The position numbers were made by a program, and so were the translations under genes. DNA of 64,000 bases, taken from Methanobacteriota archaeon. Lineage in GTDB: Archaea > Thermoplasmatota > Thermoplasmata > RBG-16-68-12. The notes beneath the pieces were generated by a model, which did not search any database, was not told the origin of the DNA, and saw only the letters and a list, made by a program, of their open reading frames with translations. The stretch is taken from positions 508 through 64,507 of the forward strand of contig CAMTUI010000026.1 in NCBI GenBank assembly GCA_947084985.1, given 5' to 3'. This document shows positions 34,298 through 43,723 of the stretch, in pieces (within the stretch, counting starts at the first letter, position 1; the number at the start of each line of letters is the position of its first letter).

Positions 34298-34368
34298 TTT
34301 TCGGTTAGCCTAAATTGGCGCCGTCGCGGCGAAAACGGCGTAATATTTAAGGTTTCGGTCAACCGAAA
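34298..34368. promoter_or_regulatory. Candidate DtxR/IdeR operator elements in the divergent FTR1 / DtxR-family intergenic region
   Basis: 'GGTTAGCCTAA' (34303..34313) equals the core of the classical DtxR box TTAGGTTAGCCTAACCTAA (14/19 overall). The perfect palindrome TTTCGGT-CA-ACCGAAA at 34353..34368 lies next to 'TAATATTTAA'. Confidence 0.45.
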
Positions 34369-34453
34369 TCCGGTGCATGCTGAAATCAAGCGCGGGTCGT
34401 CAAACACACGCAACTACAGTACGTACGATGGGAATCGCCCAGACGAATTCTTT

Positions 34454-34933
34454 ATGGCCCTCGTCCGGTTTGGGATGCCCGAAACGATGGCCCAGACCGT
34501 CCAGCTCACGGAGAACGTCGAGATGTACCTCAAGTACATCCACCTCCTCTCTCAGGCCCATGGCGGGCCCGCAAAGACCGGTGAGGTCTCCCACCACCTC
34601 CGGGTCACGCCGTCGAGCGTGACGGAGATGCTCGACCGGCTCCAGGCTGAGGGCTTCTTGAAGCACGAAAAGTACCAGGGGGCCTCCCTCACGAAAAAAG
34701 GGCGAGACGTCGCCGTGCGGATCCTCCGGCGACACTGCACGATGGAATACTTCCTCGCCCAGGCTCTTGGCGTTCCGGAGGGAAAGTACCACGACGAGGC
34801 GTGCGAGATGGAGCACGTCCTCAGCGACGACACGGCCCGGCGTCTACGGAAGCTGATCAAGCAGCCGGACACATGCCCTAACTGCTACGACCTCGAGAAG
34901 CTCCACTGCCGCCACCTGTCCGGGAAGCGCTAG
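34454..34933 (+). CDS. DtxR/IdeR/MntR-family metal-dependent repressor
   Basis: Contains 'VEMYLKYIHLL', 'VTPSSVTEMLDRLQAEGFL' and 'RRHCTMEYFL...HDEACEMEHVLS'. The start is uncertain (ATG 34454, 34475 or 34487). Confidence 0.85.
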   Translation: MALVRFGMPETMAQTVQLTENVEMYLKYIHLLSQAHGGPAKTGEVSHHLRVTPSSVTEMLDRLQAEGFLKHEKYQGASLTKKGRDVAVRILRRHCTMEYFLAQALGVPEGKYHDEACEMEHVLSDDTARRLRKLIKQPDTCPNCYDLEKLHCRHLSGKR

Positions 34934-35754
34934 CGGCCCTCGTTCATGGAGCCGCTGCGGTAGCCGAGCAGGTCGATCGTCACGTACACGAACCCCGCGT
35001 CGCGGACCGCCCGGGCAACCTTCTCGGCCATCGCGGGCTCGACGATCCTCGGGAGGTCCTCTCGGGGGACCTCGATCCGCGCGATTCCCTCGTGGGCGCG
35101 GACCCGCACGACCCGGAAGCCGAGCGCCCGAAGGGCCTCCTCCGCCGACTCCACTCGGTTCAGTTTCTCCAACGTGATCACCTCGCCGTACGCGATGCGC
35201 GACGACAGACAGGCGTTGCTCGGCTTATCGTGGAAGCTGAGGCCGATGTGCTTCGAGAGCGCTCGGACGTCCGGCTTCGTCAGGCCGAACTCCACGAGCG
35301 GGTGCCAGAACCCCTCCTCGTTCATCGCCTGGATCCCCGGACGGTGGTCGCCGAGGTCCGACACGTTCACGCCGTCGGCAATCGTCCGGATGCCGAGGTC
35401 CGCCGCGAGGGGCCGGAGCGCCGCGCCGAGCTCCTTCCGACAGAAGTAGCAGCGGTTCGAGGGATTTGCGACGTATTCGTCGTTCGCGAGTTCCGAGACG
35501 CGGATCACCCGCAGGTCAATCCCGATCTCGTCGGCCTCCTGCATCGCCTCCTCGAGCTCGCGTCGGGAGAGCGACTCCGCGTCTGCGATCACGGCGAGCG
35601 CACTCATCCCGAGGGCGTCGTGGGCCACGCGCGCCACGAGTCCGCTGTCGACGCCGCCGGAGTAGGCCACGAGCACGCGCCCCCGGTCCCGCATCGCCTC
35701 ACGCATGACGCGGTACGTCTCGTCGAGGTCGATCGCTCGCGCCTCTACCGCCAT
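34930..35754 (-). CDS. LarE-like PP-loop ATP pyrophosphatase (sulfur-transferase family)
   Basis: Contains the PP-loop 'VAYSGGVDSGLVA', 'RCYFCRKEL' and the LarE-type cysteine motif 'KPSNACLSSRIAYG'. I chose the start at ATG 35754. Confidence 0.75.
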   Translation of the reverse strand: MAVEARAIDLDETYRVMREAMRDRGRVLVAYSGGVDSGLVARVAHDALGMSALAVIADAESLSRRELEEAMQEADEIGIDLRVIRVSELANDEYVANPSNRCYFCRKELGAALRPLAADLGIRTIADGVNVSDLGDHRPGIQAMNEEGFWHPLVEFGLTKPDVRALSKHIGLSFHDKPSNACLSSRIAYGEVITLEKLNRVESAEEALRALGFRVVRVRAHEGIARIEVPREDLPRIVEPAMAEKVARAVRDAGFVYVTIDLLGYRSGSMNEGR

Positions 35755-35987
35755 CGTCCGCTTCGAACGCGCGACGCAAGATAAAGGCATCGCGGTTCGC
35801 AAAGCGTTTAGTCGGAACAACGCATCCTGCGTGCGAGCGGACAACCGATCCGAGTGCCCTACGGCCTGCGGAAGATCGAGTCGTGCCTCGTGCAGGTGTA
35901 CGGCCGGGACGACGTCGTGATTGCAGACGCGAGACATCTTGACCGCTACATCGACGACGACACAGAGGTCGTCTCGGCCTGCATTCA

Positions 35988-37262
35988 ATGGACCCGCTGG
36001 GCCTCGGCCCGGTAAGCATGTCCTTCACGATGGGCGGCACGTTGGCACCGTACACGAAGGCGATGTTCCTCGACCTGCTGCATCGCGCCGTGCGGCCGAA
36101 CCGGAAGTACAAGGTCGTGCTCGGCGGCCCCGGCAGCTGGCAGTTCGACTACCGCGATGGCCTGCAAGAGAGCCTCGGAATCGACCACATCGTTCACGGG
36201 GAGTGCGATCACATCGCCGGCGAGATCTTCGAACGCGTGAAGACCGGAGACGCGCCGTCCGTGCTGCGGTTCACGAACGCGACCGCGCCGTCCGTCGACA
36301 AGATCCCGAAGATCCTCGGGCCGACGATGCACGCGATGAACGAGGTCATGAGGGGGTGCGGCCGAGGCTGCGAGTTCTGCGAGGTGACCTTGCGTCGCCC
36401 GAGGTACTTCCCCATCGACTACATCGGCGACGAGATTGCGGTCAACGCGCAACGTGGGGCGAGCTCGATCCAGCTCCAGTCGGACGACATCTTCCTGTAC
36501 CGACTGGAGAATTGGAAGACAATGGAGCCGAACGAGGACGCCGTAGAGGAACTCTTCCGGTTCGTCATGGACCGGCCCGGGGTCAATCATTGCTATCCGA
36601 CGCACGGTACCGTCAGCGCGGCCGTGACGAACCCGGGACTCATCGAAGACCTCTCGGAGATCGGCCGCGCGAGACCGGACAAGTGGATCGGGATCCAGAG
36701 CGGGATCGAGACGGGGAGTCCGCGCCTGTCGAAGGCGGTCCTGCATCGCAAGGCCGCGCCCTTCACGGCGGAGGAGTGGCCCGACATCGTCGTCAAGGGG
36801 ACCGAGATCCTGAACCGCAACTACTGGTTCCCCACCTTCACGATTATCCTAGGACTGCCGGGCGAGACGCCCGAGGATGCGTGGATGACGGTCGACTCGA
36901 TCGACCGGATGGAGCAGATCCCGAACAACCACTTCATCACGGCTCCGCTCACCTTCGTGCCGATCGGCGTCTTGCGGGGCGAGGAATTCTACAACCTCGA
37001 CGAGATGATCGACGAGGCCCGGTTCAACGTCGCGTACCGCGCGTGGCGACACATCCTCCTCGAGATCGACAACGATCTCTGGCGACTGACGCGCCTCCCG
37101 GCTCCGGCAAAGGCGATGATCGTCGCGACGGCCCGCATCGGCGGTCGATACATCCTGGGCATCATGCACCGCTATGCACGGCACAAGGGTTTCCGGATCC
37201 GTGCGCCCGCGACGACGCGACGCCAAGCGGAAGGGCACACGGTCAGCTTCCCCGCCGCGTGA
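35988..37262 (+). CDS. Radical SAM protein (B12-binding-domain-like N-terminus)
   Basis: 'MRGCGRGCEFCEV' provides CxxxCxxC, and the downstream 'SGIETGSPRL' and 'FTIILGLPGET' are typical of class-B-like radical SAM enzymes. Confidence 0.75.
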   Translation: MDPLGLGPVSMSFTMGGTLAPYTKAMFLDLLHRAVRPNRKYKVVLGGPGSWQFDYRDGLQESLGIDHIVHGECDHIAGEIFERVKTGDAPSVLRFTNATAPSVDKIPKILGPTMHAMNEVMRGCGRGCEFCEVTLRRPRYFPIDYIGDEIAVNAQRGASSIQLQSDDIFLYRLENWKTMEPNEDAVEELFRFVMDRPGVNHCYPTHGTVSAAVTNPGLIEDLSEIGRARPDKWIGIQSGIETGSPRLSKAVLHRKAAPFTAEEWPDIVVKGTEILNRNYWFPTFTIILGLPGETPEDAWMTVDSIDRMEQIPNNHFITAPLTFVPIGVLRGEEFYNLDEMIDEARFNVAYRAWRHILLEIDNDLWRLTRLPAPAKAMIVATARIGGRYILGIMHRYARHKGFRIRAPATTRRQAEGHTVSFPAA

Positions 37263-37507
37263 ACCGAGCCAAGGAGACCGAGGATTGAGGCCGGGCGAGG
37301 TTGGCCCGCACACAGGGCTCGCCTTCATGCGCAATTTCCATTCAGAAGATTCAGGGGAGGTGTAGATGAGGAAATCCGAGCAAGTCGCTGGCGAGACGAT
37401 CGTGCACGCGAAGATCGAGGTGCCCATCCGGAAGAAGTGAGCAGCGGTCCGTCCGGACCCGCCACGCGCACAACCCTTATCCTTCCAAGGGCCCTCCCGT
37501 TCGGACG

Positions 37508-37957
37508 ATGACGGACGTTGAACGGGCCGTCTTCCCGCGGGCAGCCGGCCGCGCGTCGGGCGGACTCGAGCTGCGCTGCGTGATCTTCGCGCGTCGCGCC
37601 GACGCAGTGGTCCTGATCCGCCACCGTCGTCATCCGATCTTCGAAGACGCGTGGACGCTCCCCGGTGGTACCCTCGAGTATGGCGTGAACCCGCGGGAGA
37701 GCGCCGCCAGGATCCTGCGAGATCAGACGGGGATCGCCCCGGAATCCATGCGCCTGCTCGGGATTCATTCCTCGGTCGAAGGGGAATGGATTCTCACATT
37801 CCAGTTCGAAGCGACGGTCTCGACGGAACCCGCGCCCGGGAAAGGGGCCGCGGAAGTGCGGCTCGTCGGCCTCGAGAGGGCGCCGCCGGATGTGCATCCG
37901 CTGACGAGGAGCCTCCTAGAATCCTATCGGATCCACGAGCTGGCGAAGGCCCTCTGA
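37508..37957 (+). CDS. NUDIX hydrolase
   Basis: Contains the Nudix box-like 'GGTLEYGVNPRESAARILRDQTGI'. Confidence 0.8.
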   Translation: MTDVERAVFPRAAGRASGGLELRCVIFARRADAVVLIRHRRHPIFEDAWTLPGGTLEYGVNPRESAARILRDQTGIAPESMRLLGIHSSVEGEWILTFQFEATVSTEPAPGKGAAEVRLVGLERAPPDVHPLTRSLLESYRIHELAKAL

Positions 37958-37963
37958 TTCGGC

Positions 37964-38209
37964 TCACGCGGAGTCGTCGACCCACGCGAGGTACTGTCTC
38001 GCCTTCGCCTCCGCGCCCTCCTCGCCGATGACGGATGGGAGGGTGCGTTCCCGCAGGAGGTGCACAATCTTCACGAGATTATCCCGGGTCAACGTCCCGA
38101 GCTCCGCGTGGACGTCGCGCAGCCGCTTGCGGAGCATGGCGAGGGCCATGTCTCCCCAGACGGCGTGCATGTCCGTCGCGATGCGTTCGTACGCCGACTC
38201 CACGCCCAT
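37964..38209 (-). CDS. Hypothetical helical protein (81 aa)
   Basis: Listed ORF with codon bias like its neighbours. It is separated by 4 nt from the upstream membrane-protein gene. No family was recognised. Confidence 0.45.
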   Translation of the reverse strand: MGVESAYERIATDMHAVWGDMALAMLRKRLRDVHAELGTLTRDNLVKIVHLLRERTLPSVIGEEGAEAKARQYLAWVDDSA

Positions 38210-38213
38210 GATT

Positions 38214-38507
38214 TCACGCTTCGCTGTGCATCTGGTGTGCGCTGAGCCACGCGCTGTATCCGACGTAGAACAGCACGATGAGCGCTAGGATGAGGAAGAG
38301 ATCCGGGAACATCGTGTCCGTGACCAGGATGCGGGCCGCAGCGCTCAGACTGAGGGCGATTCCGACGGACGCCAGGCCGATGCTCAGGCGGTACAGGAGA
38401 CCACCGCGCATCATCCGTACACCGCGATGGGCGACGAGGAAGGCACCGAGGACACCGCACGAGATGCTCAGCACGAGTACAACGAACTGCTCAACATTGG
38501 GCAGCAT
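38214..38507 (-). CDS. Small membrane protein (97 aa, about 3 TM)
   Basis: It has three hydrophobic segments. No family was recognised. Confidence 0.5.
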   Translation of the reverse strand: MLPNVEQFVVLVLSISCGVLGAFLVAHRGVRMMRGGLLYRLSIGLASVGIALSLSAAARILVTDTMFPDLFLILALIVLFYVGYSAWLSAHQMHSEA

Positions 38508-38564
38508 GCGATCGACCGGCCGTTCGATGCAGAGCGGCGAGCCTTAAGTCTACGCCCGCTAGAC

Positions 38565-39491
38565 TCACCGCTGAGAATCGTCCGCGGACTCGAGACGAGC
38601 GGTGACGCTCTGTCCGCCCACCTGAGCAAAGCCCATGCTGCGGTACAGCGAAATCGCGGGGTCATTCCCCACGGTCACATACAGGGCAAGTCGCGATTCG
38701 CCGCGGTCCGCGAGGCGGTTCATCGCAGCCTGGAGGAGCGCTCGGCCGAGACCCCGACCTCGTCGTTCCTTCCAGACGCCCACCTCCGCAACGAGGGGCA
38801 TCCCCATCCAATGGGTGATGATGACCGCACCGACGATCTGCCCGTCGTCGAGAGACACGTAGGATGCATCGGGCATGTACTGGCCCGATTCTCCCTTGAA
38901 GATCGCGGCCACATACTCCCGCCACTCGTCCTCGGGACCGGAATGGAGGCCGAACTGCTGCTCCATGTGGCCGTCGTAGACGTCCATCAGGAACGAGGTG
39001 AGGCCGAGGATCTCACCCTCCTCGGGTGGCTGGAGGCTCACGCCGTCCGGCAGGGGAGCTTTGCGCGTCGGCGCCTCCATTCGCTTCCGCGCGAAGACAC
39101 GTCGGAAGCCGAGGGACGCGAACGCGTCCTCGTAGACGTCCTCGTAGTGCGCCGTGATCGCGGCCGATCCCGCCGCGCGGAGCATGTCGATCGCTCGCAG
39201 CACGGCAGCGGGCGCCTCGGTCGCGTGGGATGGGGCCATGGAGAATCCGGAGATCTCCCCCGGTTTCAGGTGGATCGTGCCGACGATGCGTCCGTCGCGC
39301 TTGATTGAAAAATGGGCGCGCTGTTCCTCCGCAGGCAGGGATAGGTAGCGGTCCAGGTGGACCGTCAGGTCCTTCGTCGGCAGGTCGGACCGACCCTCGA
39401 GGAAGACTTGCCAGTAGGAGTGGGCCTCCGTGGACGAGAGGGGCTCGAGGGACAGGGACGACACGTCGCCCACGAGGCCCTCGGGTGACAT
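38565..39491 (-). CDS. GNAT-family N-acetyltransferase (tandem GNAT-like halves)
   Basis: Contains 'VAEVGVWKERRGRGLGRALLQAAMNRL...LYVTVGNDPAISLYRSMGF'. Confidence 0.8.
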   Translation of the reverse strand: MSPEGLVGDVSSLSLEPLSSTEAHSYWQVFLEGRSDLPTKDLTVHLDRYLSLPAEEQRAHFSIKRDGRIVGTIHLKPGEISGFSMAPSHATEAPAAVLRAIDMLRAAGSAAITAHYEDVYEDAFASLGFRRVFARKRMEAPTRKAPLPDGVSLQPPEEGEILGLTSFLMDVYDGHMEQQFGLHSGPEDEWREYVAAIFKGESGQYMPDASYVSLDDGQIVGAVIITHWMGMPLVAEVGVWKERRGRGLGRALLQAAMNRLADRGESRLALYVTVGNDPAISLYRSMGFAQVGGQSVTARLESADDSQR

Positions 39492-39543
39492 GAACCTTCC
39501 CGCGCGTAGTCTTTATCCGCCGGAAGGGCGTTCGACGCACCGA

Positions 39544-40680
39544 ATGGACTTCGCGCTCACGGAGACGGAGGAGATCACGCGCAAGACCGTGCGGGACTTC
39601 GCGGAACAGGAGATCATGCCGCAGTCCATGGAGTACGACGAGAGGCAGGAATTCCCTCATGTGTGGGCGAAAAAGATGGGGGAGCTCGGCCTCATGGGCG
39701 TATTCGTCCCGGAGAAGTACGGAGGCGCGGGGCTCGACAACGTTAGCTATGCGATCACGATCGAGGAGCTGTCCCGGGCCGACGCGAGCGCCGGCGTGAT
39801 CGCGGCCGTGTGCAACGGCCTCGTGTGCGAGCCGATCCTCAGGTACGGCACGGAGGAGCAGAAGCAGACGTACCTCGCGCCCGTCGCACGTGGCGAATGG
39901 ATCGGGGCGTATGCCCTCACGGAATCCGGGAGCGGATCGGACGCCGCGGCGATGCGGGCGACCGCGGCCCTCGACGAGGACGAGTGGGTCTTGAATGGCA
40001 CCAAGGCGTTCGCGACGAACGGCGCGGCCGCGAGAATCGTGATCGCCTACGCACGGACCGGTCCGAAGAAACACGACATCTCCGCGTTCATCGTCCCGAC
40101 GGACACGAAGGGCTTCTCCGTCCTCAAGAAGGAGAATAAGATGGGGATCCGGGCGAGCGACACCGCGCTCCTGGGGTTCGACGATCTCCGACTGCCGAGG
40201 GAGAACCTCCTGGGCGAAGCCCACAAGGGTTTCACGATCGCGATGGCGACCCTCGATGGCGGCCGGATCGGGATTGCGGCCCAGTCGCTCGGCATCGCCC
40301 AGCGGGCTCTGGAGGAATCGCTGAAGTACGCGAAGGAGCGGGAGGCGTTCGGCCAGAGGATCGCGGACCTCCAGGCGATCCAGTGGAAGCTCGCGGACAT
40401 GGCTGTGGAAATCGAGGCCGCCCGGCTCTTGACGTACCGCGCCGCACGGATGAAAGACCAGGGGCAGCGGCACACGTACGAGTCGAGCGTCGCCAAGCTG
40501 TTCGCCTCGGAGGCGGCCCATCGGGCCGTCGACCACGCCGTGCAGATCCACGGCGGGTACGGCTTCATCAAGGACTATATCGTCGAGAAGTTGTACCGTG
40601 ACCAGCGTGTCACGGAAATCTACGAAGGGACCTCGGAGATCCAGCGCCTCGTCATTGCGCGTGCGGTTCTTGGGAAGTGA
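39544..40680 (+). CDS. Acyl-CoA dehydrogenase
   Basis: 'MDFALTETEEITRKTVRDFAEQEI', 'GAYALTESGSGSDAAAM' and 'YEGTSEIQRLVIAR' are all classical ACAD motifs. Confidence 0.9.
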   Translation: MDFALTETEEITRKTVRDFAEQEIMPQSMEYDERQEFPHVWAKKMGELGLMGVFVPEKYGGAGLDNVSYAITIEELSRADASAGVIAAVCNGLVCEPILRYGTEEQKQTYLAPVARGEWIGAYALTESGSGSDAAAMRATAALDEDEWVLNGTKAFATNGAAARIVIAYARTGPKKHDISAFIVPTDTKGFSVLKKENKMGIRASDTALLGFDDLRLPRENLLGEAHKGFTIAMATLDGGRIGIAAQSLGIAQRALEESLKYAKEREAFGQRIADLQAIQWKLADMAVEIEAARLLTYRAARMKDQGQRHTYESSVAKLFASEAAHRAVDHAVQIHGGYGFIKDYIVEKLYRDQRVTEIYEGTSEIQRLVIARAVLGK

Positions 40681-41518
40681 GCGCGGACAGGCCCATGAGG
40701 GTTGGTACCGCCTCGTTGCGGAGCATTACGACGACCTGCATGACCCCAGGCGAGCGTCGAAGGCCTATCCGTTCCTCCATGACCTCCTCCGCCGCCATGC
40801 GCCGGTACGCGACGTCATCGACTTCGCATGCGGGACCTTCGCGCTGGACTGGCCCCTACTCCGGCGCGGATATCGGGTCGTCGGCCGGGATCGATCGGAC
40901 GCGATGCTCCGCGTGGCGCGAGCTCTCGTGCGCCGCAGAAGTCGTCCTGCGGACGTGGCACGCGGCGACATGCGCACCGCGCGGGTGCCGGGGACCTTCG
41001 ACGCGGTGCTCTGCCTCGGGACCGCGTTCAACTATCTGACGATCCCCGTGGACATCCGGGCCGCGTTGCGGAACTTCCACCGCCATCTCCGGCCGGGCGG
41101 AATACTGGTCCTCGATCTCACGAACTTCGATGCGTGGATCCGCGAGCCCATGAACGCACGCGCGGAGGTGGACGTCCGCACGGCGGACGGCCGTCGGATC
41201 ACGATCTTCGCCTACAACGACCAGGAGCTTGAGAGGCGTATCCACCACGCGCGGTTCCTCACGCTCGTCGAACGAGGGGGACGAGTGGACGTCCTGTGGG
41301 CCGAGGCGCCACTCCGGATCTGGTCAAAGCGGGAGCTCGCGGACGAATTGGCCCGCAGCGGCTTCCAATCGGTCGAGTGGTGGGGAGACCTCCGGCTCGG
41401 CGCGAAGTATTCACCGAGGAAGAGCCCACGGCTCGTGTCCGTCTCCCGACGGACCGCGGGCCTCAGGTCGCAAGGCGATACGACCGGTACTCCGTCTCGC
41501 AAGGCGGGGAGCCGCTGA
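40661..41518 (+). CDS. Class I SAM-dependent methyltransferase
   Basis: Contains 'VIDFACGTFALDWPLLRRGYRVVGRDRSDAML' and 'LRPGGILVLD'. The start is GTG 40661 or TTG 40670, overlapping the ACAD stop. Confidence 0.75.
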   Translation: MRFLGSERGQAHEGWYRLVAEHYDDLHDPRRASKAYPFLHDLLRRHAPVRDVIDFACGTFALDWPLLRRGYRVVGRDRSDAMLRVARALVRRRSRPADVARGDMRTARVPGTFDAVLCLGTAFNYLTIPVDIRAALRNFHRHLRPGGILVLDLTNFDAWIREPMNARAEVDVRTADGRRITIFAYNDQELERRIHHARFLTLVERGGRVDVLWAEAPLRIWSKRELADELARSGFQSVEWWGDLRLGAKYSPRKSPRLVSVSRRTAGLRSQGDTTGTPSRKAGSR

Positions 41519-42554
41519 TGTATGCGACGCCCGAGGAGAGGTTCAGAATGGACCCGAAGAGGGTCTTCGTGCGTTCGTTCGCCGGGCCCCGCTCGTCCTC
41601 GTGGCGGCAGATCGAATCCGGCGCGGACCGGTGGTCCCGCTGGATTGCCATGATTGTCTCCGGCGTCACGCGGCCCAATGCGGACGTCAGCAGATGCTTC
41701 GCGCGGTTGTACCGCATTACGGAACAGAAGGTCCAGTTCGGGTTTTTCTCGAACGCCCACATCTTCGGCGAGACGTAGTGGTTCGTGTGGACGAGCCATC
41801 CGCCGTCGCCGTAGAGCGCGTCGAAGGACGTTGCGGAGCCTTCCATGGAGTACAGTTCGCCCTCGCGGCTGCAGACGATGTTGTTGAAGCTCGCCCCGCG
41901 ACCCTCCGGCATCGAGCTCTCGAGCGCCTCCAGGAGTGTCCGCGCCTCGAGCACGCGCCGGGGCGGATACATCTTCGGGATGCCGACGCGGGCGTCGTTG
42001 TGGCTCAAGGCGTTCCCGGTCAGGCTAATCCCGGCCGCGTTGAATCCGATTGTCGGGAAAAGCCCTTGATACGACATCGCGAAGAACGCGGGCTTTCCGT
42101 CCGCCGCAATGTGTACCGGGACGACGATGCCGTCGTACGCAGGCGTGTAGTCCTCGTTGTGGGCGACGAGGACGGACCCGTCCGCGGTCTGCTCCGGGCC
42201 GACTGCGAGGTCCGTGCATCCCTTCAGGCCGGCGGTCGGACTGTAGCCGGACCACTGGGCCACTAGGAGGTCGAACGGGACGCCGCTTCCGTCCGCATAG
42301 CCCCGCATCTCCTCCACGAAATCGGGGACCCATTTCTCGATGAGCGGGAGGACCTCCCGTCCGTACCGCTTCGCGCCGTCGAGCGTGGCCCCCCTCTCCC
42401 AGCCCAGCTCCATGCGGAAGATCTCGACGGCTCGATGGGCTTGTTCGGAGAAGTGCGCCCCGAGCTCCTCGCCGATCAGGCGGGGCGTCCCCTTCGCTCG
42501 GAACACCTTCAACGCGGGGTATCGCACGGACCCGGAATCCAGCGTGAGGGCCAT
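41463..42554 (-). CDS. C45-family Ntn hydrolase (acyl-CoA:6-aminopenicillanic-acid acyltransferase-like)
   Basis: The candidate nucleophile 'GLKGCTDLAV', together with 'VLVAHNEDY' and 'HTNHY', fits the C45/AAT pattern. Confidence 0.75.
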   Translation of the reverse strand: MALTLDSGSVRYPALKVFRAKGTPRLIGEELGAHFSEQAHRAVEIFRMELGWERGATLDGAKRYGREVLPLIEKWVPDFVEEMRGYADGSGVPFDLLVAQWSGYSPTAGLKGCTDLAVGPEQTADGSVLVAHNEDYTPAYDGIVVPVHIAADGKPAFFAMSYQGLFPTIGFNAAGISLTGNALSHNDARVGIPKMYPPRRVLEARTLLEALESSMPEGRGASFNNIVCSREGELYSMEGSATSFDALYGDGGWLVHTNHYVSPKMWAFEKNPNWTFCSVMRYNRAKHLLTSALGRVTPETIMAIQRDHRSAPDSICRHEDERGPANERTKTLFGSILNLSSGVAYISGSPPCETEYRSYRLAT

Positions 42555-42605
42555 CGACCCTGGGCAACGCCCGATTCCGCTATGAGCCTTCCGCGGGCCC
42601 GTCGG

Positions 42606-42797
42606 TCATCTCATGATGCGGGAGGCCATCGCGACGATGCCGAGGGTCAGGACGATGAAGATCTGGAACACGAGGCTCATCGGGCTCAGCCCAAAGAGCC
42701 ATGCGGAGCCCGCAAGGAGCACCATGAACGACGCGAGGTACCCGATGTAGATCGCGAGCTCGAGCGAGGACGATGGGGAGGTCTTCGATTCGGGCAT
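42606..42797 (-). CDS. Small membrane protein (63 aa, 2 TM)
   Basis: Listed ORF with two clear hydrophobic segments. Confidence 0.45.
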   Translation of the reverse strand: MPESKTSPSSSLELAIYIGYLASFMVLLAGSAWLFGLSPMSLVFQIFIVLTLGIVAMASRIMR

Positions 42798-42921
42798 GCG
42801 ATCGCGGCGACGAGACGGCCCTATCTAATTCTTGCGGTCGTATCCTCCGGAGTGCGAACGACGCAGGGCCGCACCATCCACGGCGAAACCCTTTATCGTC
42901 TCCCGTCGCATCCTCGACTGG

Positions 42922-43653
42922 ATGGCTACGCGGGTCCTCTACATGGAGGCACGACGGGGTCAGGAGCCGGACCCTTGCTACGCGCGGGAGTTCGACGGCC
43001 GCATCGTCGAGCGGGGCCCCGACTACGCCGTGCTCGACGAGACCCTCTTCTATGCGGAAGGGGGCGGACAGCCGTACGACACAGGCGTCCTCCGGTGGCC
43101 CGACGGCGATGCGAAGGTCCACCGGGTGACGAAAGAGAAGGGCATCGTGAAGCATTTCGTGGACCGAATGCCGCCCGTGGACTCGGTCCATGGGGTCATC
43201 GACTGGATCCGGCGGTACAAGCACATGCGGATGCATACGTCGCAACACCTCATGTCCGGGCTCGTCTTCCGGATCTACGGCGCGCGCACGGTCGGGAATC
43301 AGATACACACGGACTACAGCCGAGTGGATTTCCAGCCGGCGAACTTCTCCCCGGAGGACCTCAAGCGGATCGAGGACGAGTGCAACCGCGTGATCGAATC
43401 GGCGCAGGAGGTGAACATCTTCGAGGAGGATCGAGTGGTCGTCGAGAACACGATCGAGGACCGCTCCCTCCTGGATCTCATTCCCGCATCGATCCGACGA
43501 CTTCGGGTCATCCAGGTCGGGAGCGCAGACTACTGCCCGTGCGGCGGGACCCACCTCCGGAACACGTCGGAGATCGGTCGGATCCGGATCCTCGAGAAAC
43601 GATCGAAGGGCAAGGAGACGGACCGGATCGTCTACGAGCTGCAGCCGCCGTAG
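42922..43653 (+). CDS. alaX: Alanyl-tRNA editing protein AlaX
   Basis: Contains the zinc motifs 'MHTSQHL' (HxxxH) and 'CPCGGTHL'. I chose the start at ATG 42922. Confidence 0.85.
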   Translation: MATRVLYMEARRGQEPDPCYAREFDGRIVERGPDYAVLDETLFYAEGGGQPYDTGVLRWPDGDAKVHRVTKEKGIVKHFVDRMPPVDSVHGVIDWIRRYKHMRMHTSQHLMSGLVFRIYGARTVGNQIHTDYSRVDFQPANFSPEDLKRIEDECNRVIESAQEVNIFEEDRVVVENTIEDRSLLDLIPASIRRLRVIQVGSADYCPCGGTHLRNTSEIGRIRILEKRSKGKETDRIVYELQPP

Positions 43654-43723
43654 GCGCATCGCCCGTGAGTGGAAGCAGGACAGAGGCCTTATCCGGCCGG
43701 ACCCACGTGCCATCGGGGGCGGA

